Part shown: piece by piece, positions 1 through 10,184 of the stretch | Position numbering within the stretch: position 1 is the stretch's first letter | How the letters are laid out: each line of letters starts with the position of its first letter | Assembly: GCA_963703955.1 (NCBI GenBank) | Contig: CAVPGK010000011.1 | Location: 64,001 to 128,000 of the forward strand | Direction: 5' to 3' | Length of the DNA stretch: 64,000 bases | DNA from: Nitrospirota bacterium | Lineage (GTDB): Bacteria; Nitrospirota; Nitrospiria; Nitrospirales; Nitrospiraceae | The notes under the pieces: generated by a model | Databases searched by the model: none | What the model was told of the DNA's origin: nothing | Seen by the model: only the letters and a program-made list of their open reading frames with translations | Made by a program: the position numbers and the translations under genes

Positions 1-27
1 CTCGCTCTTTTTCCTACATGTCCTCAT
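1..27 (-). CDS. 5' end of a gene running off the left edge (MRTCRKKSE...), product unknown
   Basis: ATG at 27-25 with GGAGG RBS at 38-34; downstream of the structured leader at 82-186. Confidence 0.5.
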
Positions 28-81
28 CCGATGCCTCCGTTGTGTCAGACGAAGTGTTGTGTGCGGCTGGACCTCAGGGCG

Positions 82-186
82 AAAAAAAACGCCCTCCCGG
101 TCCATTCCCTGAACCAAAAGGACGTCATTGTCCCAATGTTTAAGCCGTGCCCCGAAGAGAAGGACTCCGTTGTCCTCCTCTCCCCC
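82..186 (-). promoter_or_regulatory. ANTAR-type tandem hairpin leader overlapping an intrinsic terminator
   Basis: Minus strand: GGAC-AACGGA-GTCC (175-162) and GGAC-AATGAC-GTCC (133-120), hexaloops with A1/G4 and C-G closing pair; second hairpin overlaps stem ACGTCCTTTTGGTTC...GACCGGGAGGGCGT plus U8 (89-82). Confidence 0.75.
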
Positions 187-202
187 ATTGCACAGCTGCG
201 CG

Positions 203-232
203 CTTATAGTCTGATCTCTTTCCTAATGTCAA
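203..232 (-). promoter_or_regulatory. sigma70-like promoter for the ANTAR leader
   Basis: TTGACA (232-227), 18 nt, TATAAG (208-203). Confidence 0.55.
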
Positions 233-473
233 GGGTTACCACATCGTACCGTCTGGATAATTGCTTATGGAAGCAGTCGTCGTGGTGGGTTCAGAACAGA
301 TTCTGATGGTACTAGTGGACTGTAACAACAAAATCGAGAGTAAACGCGATGCCGGGGATTAGCGTACTTCGCTTACGCGTGTGGCTTCTATTTGTATATG
401 CAGAATCGAACACTACCGAATATTCGTTACAGTCCACTAGTGGTCCCAATCATGCCGAACTTGGAAGTCTACC

Positions 474-1560
474 TTGCACGCCGTCAATATCGTTTTCACT
501 CCCGGTTTCTTCTCTTGTTGTGCTAGACTAGCGCCGCATCTGGTGAGGTCGTCCAGCGTTGTTCTCGAAACGATCAATCATTGCAATCGCACTGAGGGGT
601 TGCTCTCAGCATGTACGTCCTCCCCTCGCCCCGAAGTCATGATTCATGAGAGTCCGAGGGGGGCCGTGTATCTTGAGCGAATCGCCGACCGGGCTGTGCA
701 AGCAACCCACCCCATCTCGCTGGATGAGGGTCTGATCACTCGAATCTTTCGCGGTGTCCTGGTGGTGGCTGACAGGATCACACTTCAATCGCTGTTCGGC
801 AGCGAAGCGAAGACGGCCCGAGCTTTCTCCGATGAGGATGCCGCTTTCGTCGCTCCTCAGGTTGCAAAAGCGTTTTTGCAGGCTAGGCCGGACCAGCAGG
901 TCGGCTTCCGTCTTCTTTATGCGGTCAGTCCTATTTCGTATCCGGCCGGTGGCGGGGCCGCCGTGGGCTCAACGGCCCCGTTCCCAACCAGTCCGCAGAC
1001 ACAGACTACAGTGGGTGCTTTGTACGTCAATGGCTTGTCGGTTCACCTGACACTCAAGGAGTTTCAGTACGGACCGACCAGCGCCGACACCATCGGCGGT
1101 CCCAATCGGTACTATCCAGACCGGACGGGATTTGATTCGCGCGAGATTGCTTTCGTCCCACGGACAGCGGAACGCCCCGACATCTACAAATCCACAGGGG
1201 CTATTTGGCCAGCCACAGTCGAAAACCGTTGTGATCGATTATCAACTCCTGGCGAAACTTCCGGTCGGACTAACACCCGGCTTTGCCCCGGTTTCAATGA
1301 GTGAAACGTCCGCGCAGCTTCAGGCAAAAGAAGAGGCTGCCGCGTTGGTCGCGAGCCCGCCGGCCAAATCGGCCGAGAAATCGCCGTCGGATTCCGAAGA
1401 GGTTCAGTTGCTGAAGGATCTCGTGATCAAGAAGGATATGGAGCTGGAGGCCTTGAAGAAGGAGCTCCGCAACACGCAGCGTCAGTTATCGGAACGCGAA
1501 GCGGAGCTTCAAAATCAGACGAAGCGGAAGGGCAAGCCCACGCCGAAGGCACAGGAATAG
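474..1560 (+). CDS. Hypothetical probable lipoprotein with C-terminal coiled coil, split by a frameshift near 1197-1200
   Basis: ORFs 474-1304 and 1132-1560 join naturally (...PDIYKST/GLFGQPQSKTVVIDY...) at a G run; LSAC lipobox-like motif near 603-614; start uncertain. Confidence 0.55.
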
Positions 1561-1581
1561 TGGGTCGGAGATACAAGGTTC

Positions 1582-2295
1582 TCAGAGGACTTCGATGAGT
1601 TCCCGATGCAGCAGCACTAAATGACTGGAGAGGGGCTCGCGGTAGTTCATCCGGCAGTAGCAGGCATACGTCACATAGGTGTCCTGCAGGCAATAGTCGG
1701 CGATATCCTTCCCTTGACCCTTCGCCCACATCTCGGCCACCTGTTTTCCACTCCCCGATTTCGTTTCGACGTTGAGGGCCCTCGCCAACACATCTAACTT
1801 TACCCAGCCGCGGGTCTCCCAATTGCTCCAGAGCGCCATGGTGTCATAGACCGGTTCAGTCCGAAACTTGACCAAGGGAATCTCACAACTGGGCCTGATC
1901 TGTTGAATGGTCGACCGTTTCCTGATGAAGGGCAGATCGAACCCTAGTCCGTTATGGGTAATATAGAGAGACGGACGAAGCTGCGCCAGTCTGGCCCAGA
2001 ACTGACGCAGCAATTCTTTCTCATTGGGTCCGTACCATGAAATGGCGCCCTGGGGATCCATCGCATCCGAGAACATGATCAAGCCGATGCAAACAATGCG
2101 GCTGAACGTGCCATCGAAGGATGATTTTTCATAGAGTTCGTCTTCGCTCCGCCTCCGTTCATCCGCTTCCGCCCGGGTAAACAAATCCTCCGCATTCTGC
2201 TCTTCCGTGCAAGCAGCCGATGGGGTCAGACCCACAATTCTCGCCCATTCTTCGCGCGGCGCCTGGACTGTTTCAATGTCGAGCGCTACCTTCAT
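1582..2295 (-). CDS. DnaQ/PolB-like 3'-5' exonuclease domain protein
   Basis: LDIET (ExoI), HNGLGFDLPF (ExoII), YCLQD (ExoIII). Confidence 0.85.
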   Translation of the reverse strand: MKVALDIETVQAPREEWARIVGLTPSAACTEEQNAEDLFTRAEADERRRSEDELYEKSSFDGTFSRIVCIGLIMFSDAMDPQGAISWYGPNEKELLRQFWARLAQLRPSLYITHNGLGFDLPFIRKRSTIQQIRPSCEIPLVKFRTEPVYDTMALWSNWETRGWVKLDVLARALNVETKSGSGKQVAEMWAKGQGKDIADYCLQDTYVTYACYCRMNYREPLSSHLVLLHRELIEVL

Positions 2296-2342
2296 AGGAT
2301 TAAATCCCAGCGACTTATCATCGGCCTGGAAAGCACTGACGG

Positions 2343-2904
2343 CTAGGAGCCTTCCTCAACCAGCGACCTCCACATGATACTGGCATCCTGATAGGTTCCA
2401 TCATCCTTTCGAACGGCGCCCGGAATGACCCCCAATTCTACAAACCCCAGGCTCTTCCAGAGACGCCGCGCCGGCTGGTTTTCAGAGAAGACGAGATTGT
2501 AGATGACGCTTCGATAACCCAATTCCCTGGCGTATTGCAGCATTGTAGCGCCCAAGAGCCATCCTAAGCCCCTGTTGCGCCACTCATGAGCTACGATGAA
2601 GCCGGCATTGGCCACCTGTCGAGCCCGCCCTGGCCAGTTCGGCTTCAAATAAGAAGGCACCGAGCATGCCTGCGTCAAGCGTGCGGTCTAGCAAATACGC
2701 CGCAACCGTGCTCTTTCCGCGGAACCAATACTCCATGAAATCGTCATGGTCCGGAAAGCGATCGTGCGGATAGGACGTTCCTTCTTCGACAATCGCCCGG
2801 TACAACCGGCGCAACGGCTCCACGTCATGCTGGTCGGCCAGTAGAAGCCGAATCGGCGTCCCGTCTTTCAACCTGGCGATGATCGGGAATTGCAAGGACC
2901 TCAC
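2343..2904 (-). CDS. GNAT-family N-acetyltransferase, frameshifted near 2655
   Basis: ORFs 2584-2904 and 2343-2678 join as GAF/YLKPNWPGR...ANAGF...RNRGLG...N.PA..LW..LGF; one extra T. Confidence 0.8.
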
Positions 2905-3308
2905 GTGTCGATACGAGGACCTCTCAACGCTTCAATGACCGGTTGGTCCGCAACAGGAAATTCAAAATTGATTAGCTCTTCCGCTGTCACCCATCGGCAT
3001 TCTTCACAACCAAGTGGTTGCGGCTGGCCCTTTTCAATCGAGCAGAAGAAAAAATACAATTCGACTAGCTTCTCCGGGTAGGCGTAACGCACTACCCGGT
3101 AGGGAAGTGGTAAGGCAATCTCAATGCCCAGTTCCTCTCGAAGCTCGCGGCGCAAACAATCTTCCATAGTTTCACCCGGTTCACGCTTCCCTCCCGGAAA
3201 TTCCCACAGGCCTTCCAAATGGACACCCACCCTTCTTCGGGTGATCAAATAGCGACCCGCCTGTCGGATGAGGCCGGCTACAACTTGTACAGGGTGGCTA
3301 TCTGGCAT
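2901..3308 (-). CDS. mutT: 8-oxo-dGTP diphosphatase (NUDIX)
   Basis: WEFPGGKREPGET...RELREELG Nudix box. Confidence 0.85.
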   Translation of the reverse strand: MPDSHPVQVVAGLIRQAGRYLITRRRVGVHLEGLWEFPGGKREPGETMEDCLRRELREELGIEIALPLPYRVVRYAYPEKLVELYFFFCSIEKGQPQPLGCEECRWVTAEELINFEFPVADQPVIEALRGPRIDT

Positions 3309-3329
3309 GGGGACCGGCGAAGAATGGAG

Positions 3330-4052
3330 CTAACGTTTGCGCTCAAATGGATAGGTCTTGCACATATCCTTCAGCGGACAGAGCAGACAATAAGGGTCTC
3401 GGGCGCTGCACACGGTCGCCCCGAAGTCCATCAGTGCCTGGTTGAAATCATACCCCTTGCCTTTGGGAATAAGCGCCTCCGACAAGGACCAAAGCCGAGT
3501 CTTCTGTGTTTTGGGATCGCCGGTGCCGATAAATACTCGGTGCAGGAGACGCATGACATTAGTGTCCAAGATGGGCGCATCTTCATTAAACGCAAACGCC
3601 CGAATTGCCCCGGCCGTGTAGCGGCCGATCCCCTTGAATGACAGCAGTTCGACCGGGTCCTTTGGCAGCGCACCGCCGTAGCGCGCCATCGTCTCGCGGG
3701 CGATGCCATGCAAACGATGCGGACGAATGTTGTACCCGAGGGGATACCACGTCTTCCTAACTTCTTCAGGTGCCGCCTGCGCGAGAACCGCAAGGCTGGG
3801 ATAGCGCTCCAGGAATTCGTGATATTTGGGTATCACCCTCTCAACCTGGGTTTGTTGAAGCATCACTTCGGAAACCAGGATTTTGTAAGGATCTGACGTC
3901 TTGCGCCACGGAAGATCCCTCCCGAACTGCCGATACCACTTCAACAACCGGGTCTGAAAGCGCCTCTTCGTAGCGGCGTCTACCGACACTGCGGGCTTTC
4001 TCGATTTGGGATTGGAGTGAGGTTGTTGTAAAGCGGATTGTTTCCGAGACAT
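3330..4052 (-). CDS. mutY: A/G-specific adenine glycosylase, short form lacking the C-terminal domain
   Basis: RDLPWR, VSEVMLQQTQV, GIGRYTA, NQALMDFGATVC, Fe-S motif CSARDPYCLLCPLKDMC; start uncertain (4052-4100). Confidence 0.9.
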   Translation of the reverse strand: MSRKQSALQQPHSNPKSRKPAVSVDAATKRRFQTRLLKWYRQFGRDLPWRKTSDPYKILVSEVMLQQTQVERVIPKYHEFLERYPSLAVLAQAAPEEVRKTWYPLGYNIRPHRLHGIARETMARYGGALPKDPVELLSFKGIGRYTAGAIRAFAFNEDAPILDTNVMRLLHRVFIGTGDPKTQKTRLWSLSEALIPKGKGYDFNQALMDFGATVCSARDPYCLLCPLKDMCKTYPFERKR

Positions 4053-4345
4053 CGATGGATTCCGTGGCACCATTGTAGGAGGGGGTGACATGAAATGCAA
4101 TCCGACTCCTGTGATCGCATCACGCAGAAATGAGCGGACTCATTTGAATCAGAGACGTAAACCTGATCGAAGAACGGATTCGACTTGGGGTCCCGATCAA
4201 GTTAGGGTCCGTTTTCAACTCAGTAGAGGCACGCTCAAAGGGTCATGGCGAGAAGTTGAACTCCGGATGCGCAGGCAAGGGGATAAATCTTGGAGGATGA
4301 AACTGAAGTTTGATCAGCAACGATGGATGGGCACGGAGAAGCAGT

Positions 4346-5263
4346 CTACAGACACACACGATTGCGACCATCTCTTTTCGCTTTGTAGAGATTTCTGTCT
4401 GCACCAGTCATCGCAATGTCGAGGCCGCCTGGGTCATCAACTGGGTTGAATGTTGTGCCGCCGACACTTATCGTGACTGAGACTGAACCTGAGAGCTCTT
4501 CAATAATAACTGGCGAAGACTCGACTGCTAGACGAATTCTCTCGGCCACCGTCCGCGGATCCGTAACAGGAGGATGCAACAGTAGAATGAATTCCTCCCC
4601 CCAGCGACCTAGTAGATCGCCCGGACGAGTTTGCTGCCGAAGTATTCCGGCCACATGTCTCAGCACCTGATCCCCGATAGAATGCCCCCATTCGTCATTC
4701 ACCTTTTTAAAGTGATCGAGATCAATCAGGAGCACCTCCACCATCTCATGCGCCTGAACCGCCCGCCACCAAATGCGCTCCGCCAGTACGCTCCAGCCTC
4801 TGCGGTTTAGAAGTTCGGTGAGTGGATCCACTGTAGCCTGATGCTCAAACAACTCCTTCAAACGGCGATACTCATCCTCACGCCGTTTCCCCTCTGTGAT
4901 ATCGGTTATGGTTTCCACCGCCAAGACCTTCTGACCGCTGCGAATCGGAGCCCACTGAATCAACATTGACCGACCGTCGGGTAGCGAGACCTCAGAACTT
5001 GTCACTCGTCCCGTTTCGAGCGCCTCACCTGCCTTACAGAAAGAACAACGCTCAGGGGCCTGGGCAATGTTCTCATGGCAACTTTTCCCGACGATGTCAC
5101 CGAACATCGCGCACCCTGACGCATTCTGGAACCGAACCTGCCACTGTTGTGTATCAATGAGGGAAATCACGGCCGGGCTGGCATCTACGAGTTCTTTAAT
5201 ACTGAAGCTATCGTGCCCAGAATTGGCGTCTTGTTCGTGGAAATCGGGTGGCTGAGGTTTCAT
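4346..5263 (-). CDS. PAS-GGDEF diguanylate cyclase-like protein (signature reads RWGEEF)
   Basis: DPLTELLNRR, DLDHFKKVNDEWGHSIGD, VTISVG, ADRNLYKAKRDGRN; N-terminal PAS-like region. Confidence 0.85.
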   Translation of the reverse strand: MKPQPPDFHEQDANSGHDSFSIKELVDASPAVISLIDTQQWQVRFQNASGCAMFGDIVGKSCHENIAQAPERCSFCKAGEALETGRVTSSEVSLPDGRSMLIQWAPIRSGQKVLAVETITDITEGKRREDEYRRLKELFEHQATVDPLTELLNRRGWSVLAERIWWRAVQAHEMVEVLLIDLDHFKKVNDEWGHSIGDQVLRHVAGILRQQTRPGDLLGRWGEEFILLLHPPVTDPRTVAERIRLAVESSPVIIEELSGSVSVTISVGGTTFNPVDDPGGLDIAMTGADRNLYKAKRDGRNRVCL

Positions 5264-5655
5264 CGAGAACCTCTTAACGGAGAGCAACCGAACTAGCCCT
5301 GTGAGAAGGCACGCATCTAACATGCCACCCAGGGTATTGGCAATTCCACTTGATGAACTCCCATGCCTCTGAATGAAATCAACCCCTTGCCGGCCAGAGC
5401 AAGAGCACGAACAGGAAGGGCTTAGGGCGCTGAACATCCATCATCTAGGAAACCGTCTCACTGAAATTCCCAGTGATACACGATGAGACAGTGATCAAAT
5501 ATGAATAACATAGCGCGTAGGAGTTTCCCCCTTGTCCCAATGAAGTTATGGAACCTGCCAAACCCCTGATGCCGAGGCATGGACTATTGCATCAATCAAT
5601 GGCACAACAGCGCAACAGGAAGGATAAGAATGATGACAAGATGAAGAGTGGAGGT

Positions 5656-5732
5656 TGGTGCGCCCGGCAGGAATCGAACCTGCGACAACCAGCTTAGAAG
5701 GCTGGTGCTCTATCCAACTGAGCTACGGGCGC
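5656..5732 (-). tRNA. tRNA-Arg(TCT)
   Basis: GCGCCCGTAGCTCAGTTGGATAGAGC...CTTCTAA...GGTTCGATTCC...CGGGCGCACCA cloverleaf, encoded CCA. Confidence 0.97.
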
Positions 5733-5877
5733 GAGGAGTTGGTTCAGCTAGCCAGTGGAACGAACCACGAGTGGCATTTGCAAGAACCCAGTCTTACAAA
5801 CCATCCTAGGAAATGATTCATTGCGGAACGATCCGATGGTCATGAACTGAGGTCCGTCAGAACAAACTGGCTTGGGG

Positions 5878-5956
<79 letters not shown>

Positions 5957-6089
5957 ACGCTTGAATTCCAACCACTTACAGAATGCCCTACCGCAGGAGA
6001 ATCTGCAACTGTTATTAGACTGTGTGTACTCCTGGAGCTTGGCTGCTGCCGCGTGAAGGGTCCTCGGGCTCAATCGTGCTGTACCGCCG

Positions 6090-7000
6090 ATGCATCTACT
6101 CACTCTTATGCCTGACGATCCTCATGGCCGTAGTCGTATCAACCCCTGCCTTGCGCAAATTGGTACTCGCGGTGTGGCGAAAGTCGTGGAGGCGCCAATT
6201 GCTAATTCCAGCTCCTCGGCAGGCGGCGGCAAACGCGGTCGTCTGGTTCTTCCAAACTTCTCTTATACAGAAACACATGATTGGTGTCTAGGCGTCGCTC
6301 GCGCCATAGCTCGACGAATATCTCGCAAACCTCGTCAGTCATCGAAACCACCCATGTATCGCAGTTCTTGGTCTTCCGTAAGGTGAACTCCTTCCGGCGC
6401 ATATCCACGTCCGCCACTCCAGCTTCAACAGCTCCCCTCGACGTGGCCCGACAGCATGAGCAACAATCTAAAGCCTTCGCAAATGAGGCGCTGCTGTCGC
6501 CTTGAGCCGAAGCCATTCGTCCATGCTGGCAATCCGGTCGCGCTCATTCTTTGGATCCGGCTTCTCAACATGGCTGGCAGGATTATCCTGCAGGAGCGTA
6601 AATCTCGGGCTTCGAGCCACATTGAGCATGTGCGTTAACACGGTATGGTCGTGGTTGATCGTTTGAGTTGTCACCGGCAACCCGCTATCCTTTCGCTGCC
6701 ATCCGCACTTCTGACACGCTGCTAGGGTCACACTGTGTTGCACTGAGTAAAGGGGATCCGTTTGTGCTGTACCCGTTGAGCGCGGTAGTCCGCCACATCC
6801 TACGGACTGTCGACAGGAGTGTTTTGTCACTGAAGAACTCGACCAGGTTCTCGACCTTTAGCTTCCTATCCTTGTAACCCTAACCTCCTCACCTATTCGA
6901 GTTGGAGATAGGTCTCGGCCCATTGCCGGAATGTTGTCGCTTGAACCCTTACAACTGATGGGCTCGGCTCTCGACCTGACAGTAGGCGCGTCTTAAATTT
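6090..7000 (-). pseudogene. Tyrosine integrase pseudogene
   Basis: Fragments in several frames: TFRQWAETYLQL, TINHDHTVLTHMLNVA...NP, RKTKN, LHDFRHTASTNLRKAGVD...RHKS; internal stops and frameshifts; ends approximate. Confidence 0.85.
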
Positions 7001-7249
7001 GAGGCGGCTTCCCAAGCCCCCGCAAAAACGTAACCTGCGTCAGGAACATTTGCGCACCAGTTTTTTGACCTTGCAAACATTGGGGAATCAAAACGGGGGA
7101 AGGTCTCAGTCAGGGCATAGAGCGGAGCGAGCATCGTACCGTACAACCGTGGCGTGCGCTGGTTCATGTTGCTTTTAGTGGGACAGAGAACGAGGATCAG
7201 AAGCCAGAGGGTTTAGGACGGCCTGGCGGATAGGGTTGATGGGCACAAG

Positions 7250-7296
7250 TAAAAGAAAGGCGGGTACCGAGTCAGAGACCGAGCACCCGCCTTTCT
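7250..7296 (-). terminator. Intrinsic terminator
   Basis: AGAAAGGCGGGT...ACCCGCCTTTCT hairpin followed by T run on the minus strand, downstream of 7354-8670. Confidence 0.65.
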
Positions 7297-7353
7297 GGGG
7301 TCGCGCTAGAGTTACATCTTTACTGACAGCAATCGTTCCACCGGCCAGGCTCT

Positions 7354-8670
7354 TTACTTGACACTATGGAAGCACTCCTTCACTTTCGTCCATGTACCTT
7401 CCAGGATCGCGTTGGCCCATCCGGCCAAGTGTTCCGCTACCTCCATGAGCCGCTCGGCTTTGTTTTCCAAGCGTTCCGCTTTCTTAGGTTTCTTGTCAGC
7501 CAGGTTATCGGCACGCTCTGATAGGCGTTCCGACTTGACGGTGAACCGCTCGGCCACGTGCAGAAGCTTATTGGCGATGCGTTTCAGCTTCGGCGAGATA
7601 TCGGATGGTTCAGTTGGCGGAGGCGGGGGCGGTCCGTATTTCGCATTTGCCGCCTGCCGCCAGATGACATAATCGAAACTCCCCATGTAGTTTTCATTGA
7701 ATTGCCTGGCTTCAGTTAACGATGCGCCTTTCACTCCACCTGCAAAGATCTGGTCTCCTCGGTCGCGATAGAGGGTATCTCCTGTTTCGAGATAGTACCA
7801 AGCGTAGGCTGGCGCGATCAGTAGGTTGTGACTAGGTTCCCCTCGATCCGACGCATTTTCGTTATTCAGATAGAAGGCTTGCTCATTCGAACGCCAAGCC
7901 GTATCCCATAGTCCGTCGAGTGCCAATTTGATCTTTGGCGGGATCCGGGGATCTGATTGATGGGCATGGGCTTGAATGAGCGCCTGCAGTGTCAATCCAA
8001 CCATAAACGGCTGATGCGGATATTGGCCCGGGGTCTCCCACAGGCGTTGGGTATACCACTGATCAATATGACCCAGCGCCTGCGTGACGTAGGTGTCATA
8101 CTTCATCTTTCTAGGCTCACCCAGATCCTCTGCGTCGATAAGGGTCATGAGCGCGTACGCCACCTCAAGGCTCACACGGTACGATTGAGTGAGAACGTCG
8201 GAGAAGTTGCCACGCGCATAGATGCTATTTTGGGAGAGTAGCCCGACCGCCCTTTTGGACGATTCGTCAGTCGTCTGGCTGTAATCCATCTTGAGTCCCA
8301 TGGTATGTAGCCGGTCGCCGGGCACATTACCGTTCTTCGGTAACACAAATCCGTCTCGATAAGCTGTTTCAGCTAGATTGGCGCAGAACTTCCATGACGG
8401 ATCACTGGTGTACATCGCCATTTGATAGTACACCCGTTCCGCATCATAGTCTGTGTTGGCCAGGCGCTCAGTAGAAGTACCTGTCCCGGCGTTCATGACC
8501 CCGCAATGTTGCTTTCCAAAGTCCGTCATGTGGGTCTCCCACAGGGCCAGTTCGGGAATAGGCACAGGATCGACGGCCGCAATAGCCTGTTGTGGACACA
8601 GCATGAGGAATCCGATCAGAACTACGTAGAGGAGATTCATCCCAGGCTTTGAAAAGGCTTGTGTGCGCAT
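7354..8670 (-). CDS. Secreted hypothetical protein (helical, aromatic-rich domain + polyPro linker + coiled coil)
   Basis: AGGAGG RBS before ATG 8670; signal-peptide-like N-terminus ending AIA-A; PPPPPP linker. Confidence 0.8.
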   Translation of the reverse strand: MRTQAFSKPGMNLLYVVLIGFLMLCPQQAIAAVDPVPIPELALWETHMTDFGKQHCGVMNAGTGTSTERLANTDYDAERVYYQMAMYTSDPSWKFCANLAETAYRDGFVLPKNGNVPGDRLHTMGLKMDYSQTTDESSKRAVGLLSQNSIYARGNFSDVLTQSYRVSLEVAYALMTLIDAEDLGEPRKMKYDTYVTQALGHIDQWYTQRLWETPGQYPHQPFMVGLTLQALIQAHAHQSDPRIPPKIKLALDGLWDTAWRSNEQAFYLNNENASDRGEPSHNLLIAPAYAWYYLETGDTLYRDRGDQIFAGGVKGASLTEARQFNENYMGSFDYVIWRQAANAKYGPPPPPPTEPSDISPKLKRIANKLLHVAERFTVKSERLSERADNLADKKPKKAERLENKAERLMEVAEHLAGWANAILEGTWTKVKECFHSVK

Positions 8671-9384
8671 GAGGTTCCTCCTTTCAGCGTCGCATACTGG
8701 CGGCACTTTGCCGAACAAGCCGCTGTTGCATCTCGGCAGCATACGATGGGTCCAGAGCAACTTGATTAACCGGCATTTCAACGTGCCGAGCACAATGCCA
8801 CTCCCCGGAATGCCTTATTGAGCATTTCTCATGCCCTTACCGCTTTCTTCCACGTTTCATAAGTGTTTTGAAAAAGGGCTTTGGAGGGTCATGTCCAGAG
8901 TTGTGCAACGACAACTAATTGCCGGTCCAGAAACCCGCCCAATTTTTGTCTCAAAGGCAACGAAATTTTTGTTGAGGTGCGCAATGTCTTGGAGCACATC
9001 ATTAGGGCAGGATGGAGCAGCGACGAGGAGACTGAACGGTGATCAAGTAGAGTGGGCGAGCCCGGAAGAAGCCACAGAGTCAAGTATCTGGTGATCAGGT
9101 GGACTCATTCTGTTGTGTTCACTTAGGATCCGTTCACAAGACCTAATTGGACTAAGCAAGGTCTTGAGGTGGCGTGATGGCTGCTATACCAGGTTGGTGA
9201 ATCGAAACGACGACCGTCCAACATGGCTCAGAATTTGTTGGGATACCGGGTGGGGTTAGAAAGCAGCTGGCATTCAATTGTTATCAATGGACACGCGCAG
9301 TACGTATCGTCTCCTCCCGTCGTCGAACCTGTGGATTCTTGCGAGGGTGTCATCCTCTGGTAGACTTGATGTCAGTCCAGGTCA

Positions 9385-9792
9385 ATGGAGGAGGATCCCG
9401 TGTCGACCGGATTTACCATTCGCTCGTATCGCCGGTTTCCGGTCCAGTGTCCCGTCGATTACCGAAGCCCTGATTGCGTCGGGAAAGGCATCGTGCGGAA
9501 CCTGTCCCGCAGTGGTTGGCGGGTCGAAGGAAATCATATTGTCACGCCAGGGATGATCTTGATGTTGGCCGTGTCATTCCCAGGTGAAAGCGTCCCCCTC
9601 ATGGTCGAGAAAGCGATCGTCCGATGGGTCCAGGCGCGCGCCTTCGGCATCAGAATCATCGAGATGCGGCCAGCAGACGCGGCGCGACTCAGACGATTCG
9701 TGACGCTGCTTGAACAAGTGGGTCAGTGTCCTCCTGATTCGCCTCCGTTTCCCCACGGCCGGCGACCTATTCCACCAGCACCCAAGTCGTGA
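9385..9792 (+). CDS. PilZ domain protein
   Basis: RSYRRFPV (RxxxR) and NLSRSGW (D/NxSxxG) motifs. Confidence 0.8.
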   Translation: MEEDPVSTGFTIRSYRRFPVQCPVDYRSPDCVGKGIVRNLSRSGWRVEGNHIVTPGMILMLAVSFPGESVPLMVEKAIVRWVQARAFGIRIIEMRPADAARLRRFVTLLEQVGQCPPDSPPFPHGRRPIPPAPKS

Positions 9793-10137
9793 GGGGTGCA
9801 CTGCTCTCCGATCGATCGCATACGGTTGTGGATTCTCACTGAGGGCGTGGCGAACACCCCGCAGATGATCGACCAGACCTTCGATGCGGAAGTCATCATC
9901 CACTACCGCAATCGCGCATCGCCTTATTGACTGGCTGTAGTTCAACGAGGTTTTGTTAGCGAGCCCGAAATTTTCGGGGGGGGGGGGGTAACTGTTATTC
10001 CACTGTTAGAAAGACGCACAAATCAGGCTGGAATGCGACAAAATGAGGAAAGGAGAGATCAATGAGTAAGTCGGCCTTACTCTAGAAATAACAAGGGGAT
10101 TGCCCAAGCATTCACTACTTAAGCAATCACCCTATAG

Positions 10138-10181
10138 CTGCTCCCAAAGCAGGTGCGCCTACCAAGCTGTGCTACGCCACG
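10138..10181 (-). repeat. Decayed 5' half of tRNA-Pro (att site)
   Basis: CTGCTCCCAAAGCAGGTGCGC identical to the tRNA for 21 nt, then 1 insertion and 3 substitutions; starts 3 nt after the rdgB stop. Confidence 0.9.
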
Positions 10182-10184
10182 TCC

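Noticed and set aside
4100..5655. Second island at the tRNA-Arg 3' end carrying the cyclase
   Set aside because: No duplicated tRNA 3' fragment or integrase found by eye
8772..8800. sigma54 promoter upstream of the island cargo gene
   Set aside because: GG to GC spacing is 11 nt, not the required 10
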